Source: Octopus vulgaris
Lineage: Eukaryota
Reading direction: 5' to 3'
DNA: 64,000 bases
Assembly (NCBI GenBank): GCA_951406725.2
Contig: OX597818.1
Coordinates: 45,632,001 to 45,696,000, forward strand
Shown: positions 40,601 to 50,533 of the stretch, piece by piece
Position numbering within the stretch: position 1 is the stretch's first letter
Layout of the letters: the number at the start of each line of letters is the position of its first letter
Translations under genes and position numbers: made by a program
The notes under the pieces: model-generated
Told to the model about the DNA's origin: nothing
What the model saw: only the letters and a program-made list of their open reading frames with translations
The model's database searches: none

Positions 40601-42393
40601 AGGGGTGGGATGAGGATGATGAGGGGGCAGTGAAGGGGAGGAGGAGTGAAGGGGAAATAGAGGAGAAGGGGAGCAGGGGAAGAATGGGTGGGGGGAGATG
40701 GGGGAGAAGAAGGGGTGGGATGAGGATGATGAGGGGGCGGAGGAGGGGAGGAGGAGGAGTGAAGGGGAAGAAGAGGAGAAGGGGAAGAAGAGGAGAAGGG
40801 GAAGAAGAGGAGAAGGGAAGAAGGGGAAGAAGAGGAGGAAGGGGAGGAGAAGGATTGTGTGTGTGTGCTTGCATGCATGTGACAAGCTTCTGTGAGTTTC
40901 CATCTTCCAAATTTCATTCAGAAATCATAAGTCAACCCCAGGCTATTGCAATGAAGTCACTCGCCCGACATTCTACAGAGTTGAATCAAATCTGAAACCA
41001 CACGGTCGTCAAGCAAACTTCATAACCACACAGGGGCAATACCTGGGCTTATCAAAAATATGTATTTGCTTTACGCAATAGATTACCTTTTTCCCAGCTT
41101 TTAGTAGTCCGAGTGCAAGTTGAACAGCAACGGTACTCTTACCGACACCACCTTTGCCTGACAGAACGAGTATCACATGCTTCACACCAGACAAATGGCT
41201 AACATCAGACTCTGGATTAAAACAAAAAGAAAAATAAGAAAAACACATTCCAACTGCAAATATATGACAAACAAAGAATAAGGATTCCAAAAGCTATACA
41301 AAAAACTGATTTTAAATTCCTACTATTTGATAAGTGTTACTTTGGCTTGACACTTAACCGTTTTGGCACCATCTCTTATTTCTTTATTGCCCACAAGGGG
41401 CTAAACATAGAGGGGACAAACAAGGACAGACAAAAGGATTGAGTCAATTACATCGACCCCAGTGCGTAACTGGTACTTAATTTATCGACCCCCGAAAGGA
41501 TGAGAGGCAAAGTCGACCTCAGTGGAATTTGAACTCAGAACATAGCAACAGGAGAAATACTGCTAAGCATTTCGCCCAGTGTGCTAACGTTTCTGCCAGC
41601 TTGCCACCTTTAAGTTACTGTTTCTGCAATATGCCAACCAACAAGGAATGAAAGCCAATCATAAACAAAGAAGTGCCAAGCAATCCAAATGTCAACCTCA
41701 GCGGAATTTGAACTCAGAACATAAAGACAGATGAAATGCCACTAGGCATTTCGCCCGGCATGCTAAAGTTTCTGCCAGCTCACCACCTGATTTCTGGCAC
41801 CAGCATACCATTTCTGATTATATAATATCAACAACCTATCTTCTGAATTAACCCTTTTGACAAGACCAAGGAAGGTCAAAATCACATGATCTAGTGGTCT
41901 TGGCACTGGAGGTGTCAGGGTTTTATCTCCCATGCTAAGTGAAAACCTAAAGTATGTTTTATAGCTTTCACTATTGTATGAGTTCTCAACTTACATCTGG
42001 TTTTCACTTCTCAGTAAACTAAAGTATGAAAAAGTAATGCATGCGTGCTTGTGTGGTCAGCCCAGGGCTATAATAGAAGACACTAGCCCAAGGCGCTGCA
42101 TGGTGAGACTGAACCCAAAACCAAATGGATAGAAAGCATCTTTCGTTTGCAACATCCCAACATAAATCCAAACTATACCCTTTACTCTTTTACTTGTTTC
42201 AGTCATTTGACTGTGGCCATGCTGAAGCACCGCCTTTAGTCGAAAGCAAATCGACCCCAGGACTTATTCGTTGGAAGCCTAGTACTTATTCTATCGGTCT
42301 CTTTTTGCCGAACCACTAAGTTACGGGGACGTAAACACATCACCATCGGTTGTCAAGCGATGTTGGGGGACAAGCACAGACACATAAACATAT

Positions 42394-42444
<51 letters not shown>

Positions 42445-45400
42445 TACGACAAGCTTCTTTCAGTTTCCGTCTACCAAATCCACTCACAAGGCTTTGGTCG
42501 GACCGAGGCTATAGTAGAAGACACTTGCCCAAGGTGTCACGCAGTGGGACTGAACCCAGAGCTATGTGGTTGGTAAGCAAGCTACTTACCACACAGCCAC
42601 TCTTACGCCTGAATATGTGAATATTTTATTTCAGAAAAACTTATTCCAATAACACTTTTCAGGATTAAACTTTTAAAGGTTTTTTTTTTTTTTCGTCCCT
42701 CACCGTTGAAATGGAGTAACCAACCCGAAGTCAGAACCAGATTGTAGTTATGGTCACAGTAAGCAAGCTGAGAAAATGAAATATAGGCTAAAAGCAACTT
42801 TTATCAAAATATAACCTGATAATAAGGTCATGCTAAAGATACTTGAATGTTAAGAAAAAATTATTTTTATTTTATTATTCAGTCTTCTTGCACAACCTTT
42901 GTACCTGGTTTTTCATAGTTTGTTGTTTAAGTCAGTCAGCAATCTATGATCATATCTCCAATGTGTGTTAATTATTGTGAGCTTAACACGATGTACTAAA
43001 ATAACATCACTTCTCTGCAGCACTGACAAAAACTAATTATGGAAGGGAGATAACTACTCCATGGTTGAATGTAATTGGAAATTTAAAAGATAAAGTAAAT
43101 TAAATGCAGCGTGGAAGGTGTTTCTAAGCCATTTAAGAAACTCACAAAAACCGTTAGATTCACTTCAACATTTAAATTTAATTTGTTAAAATATTTTCGT
43201 CGCTTTGTGTGTTTCTTAAATCGCTTATAAACACCTTTCACGCTGCAATTGTTTTCGTTCCAGCACACGATCTCAGATCAAGTCACTCGCTATGCAAGTA
43301 CATCTCCATAAATTAAATGATCATGGTGAAAATAATTTAATGTTATTCGCCTGATATCATATTAGCATAAGCGAAATACGTAAGTAAATTTGAATATGAA
43401 TATCTTTATAATTATAGGCATAGGAGTGGCTGTTTGGTAAGTAGCTTGCTTACCAACCACATGGTTCCAGGTTCAGTCACATTGCATGGCACCTTGGGCA
43501 ACTGTCTTCTACTATAGCATCGGGCTGACTAAAGCCTTGTGAGTAGATTTGGTAGACAGAAACTGAAAGAAGCCCATCGTATGCTGAGGCAAGTGAAATC
43601 AAAATCAATTCGATGACTGGCATCCGTGCTAGTGGGGTGCAAAGAGCACCATACGAGTGTGATCGTTGACAGAGCAGCTATTCGAGTATGATCATTATCA
43701 GCATTGCCTTACTGGCACTTATGCCTGTGCTAGTAGGGTGCCAAGAGCACCATCCGTGCATGATCGTTGCCAGAGCAGCCGTGGCACATAAAAGGGCACC
43801 ATTCGAGCGTGATTGTTACCAACGTCACTTCACTGGCACCTGTGCTGGTGGCACGTGTAAAAAGATTCAAACAAGGTCATTGCCAGTACCGCCTGAGTGG
43901 CCCCCATGCTGGTGGCATGTAAAAAGCACCCACTACACTCTCGGAGTGGTTGGTGTTAGGAAGGGCATCCAGCTGTAGAAACTCTGCCAGATCAAGATTG
44001 GAGCCTGGTGCAGCCATCTGGTTTGCCAACCCTCAGTCATAATCGTCCAACCCATGCTAGCATGGAAAGCGGACGTTAAACAATGATGATGATGATGATG
44101 ATATATGTATGTGTGTATATGTTTGTGTGTCTGTGTGTGTGTGTGTTTGTCCCCCCAACATCACTTGACAACTGATGGTGGTCTGTTACGTTCCCGTAAC
44201 TTAGTGGTTCGGCAAAAGAGACCGATAGAATAAGTACCAGGCTTACAAAGAATAAGTCCTGGGATCGATTTGCTTGACTAAAGACGGTGCTCCAGCATGG
44301 CCACAGTCAAATGACTGATAATGAAAAAGATAATAGAAAGGAAACTACTAATTTATGGGACACAAGAAGAACAGCAAGAAACGAACCAATAATGTGTCTA
44401 TTGATTCTTAAAATATTCTGGCAAATTTGAAAGTGAATATTTGATCACTAATATTGTCATCAAAGAACACCACTTCACTTTCGACAATGTTTTGTTCTTT
44501 TAATTCTTTTACTTGTTTCAGTCATTTGACTGCGGTCATGCTGGGGCACCGCCTTTAGTCGAGAAATCAACCCCAGAGTTTATTCTTTGTAAGCCTAGTA
44601 CTTATTCTATTGGTCACTTTTGCCGAACCGCTAAGTTACGGGGACGTAAACACACCAGCATTAGTTGTCAAGCAATGTTGGGGTGACAAACAGAAACATA
44701 TATATACATATACAACAGGCTTCTTTCAGTTTCCATCTACCAAATCTACTCACAAGGATTTGGTCAGCCTGAGGCTATAGTAGAAGACACTTGCCCAAAG
44801 TGCCACACAGTGGGACTGAACCTGGGACCCTGTGGCTGGTAAGCAAGCTACTTACCACACAGCCACTCCTGCGCCTATGTTTGTGACAAACACAGACACA
44901 CAGACTCCTCCTGTTATGCAGAGTAAATTGGTATGTTGAAGTAAGCATTGTTCAAGTCAACAGCAAGAATGTCATTGATGTATAGGAAGAAGAGTGTAGG
45001 GGATAGAACCAAACTTTTCAATATCTGAGCAAAAAACATGATTTACATGGAGTAAATGTCAACATATGTACACATTTTGACAGTCAGACAACAGCTGTGC
45101 TCCAGCATGACCACCGCTGCATAGCTGAAATGAATAAAATGATATATATCTATGCTTGTGTTTTTTTTTTTTTTCATGTTGTATTCAATTGTTTTGTTCT
45201 GTGTTTAAATTATCTTTTCTTTTCTTTTTTATTTTTGATTGTAATGACAAGCATTCTCTGCCTGTCATCGTAGTCATTTTAACATCCACTTTTCCATGCT
45301 TCCATAGGTCAGATACATTTTCACAGAACTTTGGAAATGAATGACATTTATTTACAACAACCATGCGCTGTCATGACAGAGAGACACAATCACATTAATA

Positions 45401-47444
45401 CATACATATATAAAGGTGGCGGGCTGGCAGAAACGTTAGCACGCCAGGCGAAATGCTTACCAGTATTTCGTCTGCCGCTACGTTCTGAGTTCAAATTCCA
45501 CCGAGATCAACTTTGCCTTTCATCTTTTTGGGGTCAATTAAATAAGTACCAGTTACGCACTGGGGTTGATATATAATCGACTGAATCCGTTTGACTGTTC
45601 TTGTTTGTCCCCTCTGTGTGTAGCCACTTGTGGGTAGTAAAGAAATAAGATACATACATATGTGTGTGTGTGTGTGTTCAAAGGTTCAGTTATGATAAAA
45701 ACTGATGGGTTACTCTATACTTCTGTAGAGTACAAATTTGTTATTCTTATACAAGAATATTGTTGACAGTGACTTCAAAGTTTCCACCAGCCAAGCCAGT
45801 GTCAGATTGCAATGCATTAGAGTTAGTCTTGCCTTTATACAGTCTCTGTTGAGTTAAAAAACAACTTTTTACTAATTATGCTTATATCCAAAACCAGACT
45901 TAGTCATCATTAGTAAAAAAAATCATAGATGAATTGTATCCAAAAATAAAAACAAAATCAACATTACCTCTATGGAATCATCATCATCATCATTTAGCAT
46001 CCGCTTTCCATGGTAGCATGGGTCGGACGGTTCAACTGGGGTCCGGGAAGCCAGAAGGCTGCACCAGGCCCAGTCTGATCTGGCAATGTTTCTATGGCTG
46101 GATGCCCTTCCTAACGCCAACCACTCCGTGAGTGTAGTGAGTGCTTTTTACGTGCCACCAGCACAGGTGCCAGACGGGGCTGGCAAATGGCCACGACCGG
46201 ATGGTGCTTTTTTACGTGCCAGACGAGGCTGGCAACGGCCACAATCGGATGGTGCTTTTTACGTGCCACTGGCACGGGGGCCAGGCAAGGCTGGCAACAG
46301 CCACAATCGGATGGTGCATTTTATGTGCCACCGGCACAGAGGCCCGTCTGGGCGGCGCTGGCAATGGCCACATTCAGCTGGTTCGCTTAAGTGCCACCAG
46401 CACTGGTATCACAGCTACAATTTCCATAACAGTTACAAAGAAGGAGACTGGTTCAACAAAATCCTAAACAAAAGTAAATGCCATTTCTTCCAGTTTGACA
46501 TAAAAAATTATTATGCATCAATAACAAAACCTCTCCTTACAGCAGCTTTGAACTTCACTAAAACCATAACCACAATAAGTGATACCGAAATTGAAAAAGT
46601 ACTGCAAGCAAGAAAATCACTCATCTTCCACAACAAAGCTTTTTTCATTAAGAAAAACACAAAAGAACCATTTTATGTAAGCATGGGATTAACCCTTTAG
46701 CATTTAAACTGTCCAGATCTAGCCAAAAGTATTCTGCCTGTTTTATGTTCAAACTGGCTAGATCCGGTCTCTCACACCAACCCTACAATATCGTTTTAAA
46801 AATTAACAGCTATCTCATCAAAATCTCAAAGCTAAAAGATAATGCATGATTAGTTCAAAACAATGTGGATGGAAAAGCATTCATTTTGGCAGAATAATGC
46901 AAACACCAAAGGGTTAAAGGACTTGGCAGAGACAAACAATATTGCAGATCTTTATATATGAGAAAAATTACGCAACAAATTTTCATCCATCTCACGAGGT
47001 CTACTCCTGCTAAGAAAATATAACCTACAAAAAAAAAACCAGATAAATTTAGGGAGGATCGACATCACTTCTTCAAAAACTGGGGCTCCTCAATCACAAT
47101 AGAAACACAGCTAAAGTCAGTCAACTTCCTAGATGTTACCCTCAACCTGGAATGAAGTATCTATAAACAATACCAGAAAGGTAACGAAAAATTTCAGTAT
47201 ATCCGTAAACAATCAAACCACCCCAAAAAGAATTATCAAAAACCTAGAAAAAACATCTCTCAAACTTTTCTCTTTATCTTCAAATGAAAGGCTTGGCTGC
47301 ATAGTAAGAAACTTGCTTCCCAACCACATGGTTTCAGGTTCAGTCCCACTGCATAGCACCTTGGGCAAGTGTCTTCTACTATAGTCTCAGGCCAACCAAA
47401 GCCTTGTGAGTGGATCTGGTTGACAGAAACTGAAAGAAGACTGT

Positions 47445-47479
<35 letters not shown>

Positions 47480-50400
47480 GTATATGTATGTATATACACT
47501 GAAAGAAATGAAGCCAGTATGCTTTGCTGGGTGTGCAATGTCAGTGTGCATGTACAACAGAGTGTAAGCATCTTGAAAGAAAAGTTAGGTATAAGAGGAA
47601 TGAGATGTGGTGTGCAAGAGACAACTACACTGGTATGGTTACGTGATGCATATAGATGAGGACAGCTGTGTAAAGAAGTGCTGATCTCTAACTGTAGAGG
47701 CAACCTGTGGTAGAGGTAGACCCAGGAAGACATGGGATGAGGTAGTGAAGCATGATCTTCAATCTTTGGACCTCACAGAGGCGATGACTAGTGACCAAAA
47801 CCGTTGGCAATATGCTGTGCTTGAGAAGACCTGTCAAGCAAAGTGAAAGCATAGTTGTGGCAAATACTGGTGTCATGTTAACTGGTGCCCATGCCGGTGG
47901 TACATAAAAAGCGCCTTTTAAGCATTGGACATCGCAGAGGGAAAGTGGTCAATGCAGTGGCACATGAAAAGCAGCTTTTGAGTGTTGGGCCTCACGGAGG
48001 CAATGAAAAATGACCAAGACCTTTGGCATTATGCTGTGCTTGAGAAAAAGATTCATCACCCCAGGTTGGCATTAGGAAGGGCATCCAGCCATAGAAATCA
48101 TGCCAAATCAGACTGGAATCTAGTTCAGCTTTCCAGTTTGCCAGCCCTGGTCAAACCGTCCAACCCATACCAGCATGGACAACATGTTAAAGGATAATGA
48201 TATATATATATATCAATTGAATAAGGAGACAAACTCTCAAGACGTTGTTAAACCATTTATATCTTGAATAATTCTTCTACATATGTTTCGATAGATGCAC
48301 TCCATAATGTCCAACAGGATAAATTAAGGTCAGCAATGCATCAATCTCATCAGGAAGGATATAAATAACAAACCCATCAAACAGACATGTTAACAGAAAT
48401 AGAAAGTCCTATAAAATGTAACATATTTTGTAGGTAGAAACTCTATAAGGTGCACCAAGTGCAAGCTATGGACACATAAGAGGTGTAGCAATGTCAAAGG
48501 AAGGCTAACTAGGAAAATAGTTTTTGTCTGTGGCAGATGCTCAGGAGCAATAAACACTGAAAATGTGCAGAGACCAACTTCTACCACGTTCCAGGGAGAA
48601 AAACTAGAAGTAGTTGATAGCTTCCGCTACCTAGGTGACCAAGTCAGTAGCGGGGGTGGGTGTGCTGAAAGTGTAACTGCTAGAGTAAGAATAGCCTGGG
48701 CAAAGTTTAGAGAGCTCTTACCCCTGCTGGTGACAAAAGGCCTCTCGCTCAGAGTAAAAGGCAGACTGTATGATGCATGTGTACGTACAGCCATACAACA
48801 TGGTAGTGAAACATGGGTTGTGACTGCTGAGGATATGTGTAAGCTCGCAAGAAATGAAGCCAGTATGCTCCGATGGATGTGTAATGTCAGTGTTCATAAT
48901 CGACAGAGTGTAAGTACCTTGAGAGAAAAGTTGGACCTAAGAAGCATCAGTTGTGGTGTGCAAGAGAGATGTCTGCGCTGGTATGGGCATGTGACGAGAA
49001 TGGGTGAAGATAGTTGTGTGCAAAAGTGCCACACTCTAGCAGTTGAGGAAACCTGTGGAAGAGGTAGACCTAGGAAAACCCGGGACGAGGTGGTGAAGCA
49101 CGACCTTCAAATTTTAGGTCTCACCAAGGAAATGACTAGAGACCGAGACCTATGGAAGTATGCTGTGCGTGAGAAGACCCGGCAAGACCAGTGAGAACAA
49201 TCAAAATCAAACCAAATCAAATCAGATATCAGAAAGCAGAACCAAAATTGAGGCCGATCAACATCAGTGGAAATTGCAGCTGTGGTTAAGCGAACCATCC
49301 GATCATTGTCAGCGCCGCCCTGTCTGGCTTCTGTGCCGGTGGCACGTAAAAGCACCATCCGTTCATGTCCACTGCCAGCCATACCGGTGGCACGTAAAAG
49401 CACCATCTGCTCGTGTCCGTTGCCAGCCTCGCCTGGCCCCCGTGCCGGTGGCACATAAAAGCACTATCTGTTCGTGTCCGTTGCCAGCCTCGCCTGGCCC
49501 CCGTGCCGGTGGCACGTAAAAGCACCATCCGTTCGTGGCCGTTTGCCAGCTCTGTCTGGCACCTGTGCAGGTGGCACATAAAAAGCACCCACTATACTCA
49601 TGGAGTGGTTGGCGTTAGGAAGGGCATCCAGCCGTAGAAACACTGCCAGATCTGACTGGGCCTGATGAAGCCTTCCGGTTTCACAGACCCCAGTTGAACC
49701 GTCCAACCCATGCTAGCATGGAAAACGGACGCTAAATGATGATGATGATGACATGCGTATACACACTCAAATATGTGACTTACGTATATATATATGTGTG
49801 TATGTTTGTATGCATGTGTTTTTTTGTAGGTATATAATGTTTATATTTACACATCACAGATCTGAGTATGTGTGTACATGTGTGTGCATATGAATATAAA
49901 TACGTTACATTTCATAGGACTTTCTATTTCTGTTAACATGTCTGTTTGATGGGTTTGTTATTTATATCTTTCCTGGTGAGATTGATGCATTGCTGGTCGT
50001 TGGATATGCGTTATCTGACGTCCCTTGGTCAGATAAGGATGTTAATTTTCAGTGCTCTCAAATTTAAAATCTTGAATTACCGTACTGAAGAGGAGAATGA
50101 TAGAGTAGAAATATGATTTTACATTTTTCACATCTCTCTCACTCCGAAACGAGTATATAGTTAATCAGAGCCAGGTAGATTCATTACTTTTTCTCTTTAC
50201 CTGCATGCTAAGCGAGCGCTCTACCACTTGAGCTAATCCCCCGCTTCCAGCACGCTGTTCAAAACTATGTCGATATAATATGTAAAATTCAATTTGCATC
50301 ATGTAAGTGACAATATTGTGTCAATATTAAGGCGGCGAGCTGGCAGAAACGTTAGCCCCTTGTATTGCTGTCTGGGAGATATCTTATAGTAGTAGAATAG

Positions 50401-50498
50401 TAGTTTTTAACTGCTAGTTCTAAATTTCGGTATGTGGGGAAGCAAATTTTGCTGAACCCTAATTATAATTATACTCATAATTATAGAATTTTTGTGTT

Positions 50499-50533
<35 letters not shown>

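Noticed and set aside
41212-41290. N-terminal extension MESLFF...[12 protein letters not shown] of ORF 41009-41290
   Set aside because: It is the polypyrimidine tract and acceptor of intron 1 read in frame
49270-49590. CRISPR-like array: repeated palindromic GTGCCGGTGGCACGTAAAAGCACC with intervening sequence
   Set aside because: The intervening segments are homologous to each other, the array is the 3' UTR of an RTE LINE found many times in the window, no cas genes are present, and the DNA is eukaryotic
50195-50206. ATG CAG|GTAAAG at the end of the tRNA half as the NUBP2 start exon (via 42767-42704)
   Set aside because: A better first exon exists at 52943-52958 (16 nt, phase 1, good start context, beside a divergent gene); the tRNA-based model needs an extra unsupported exon
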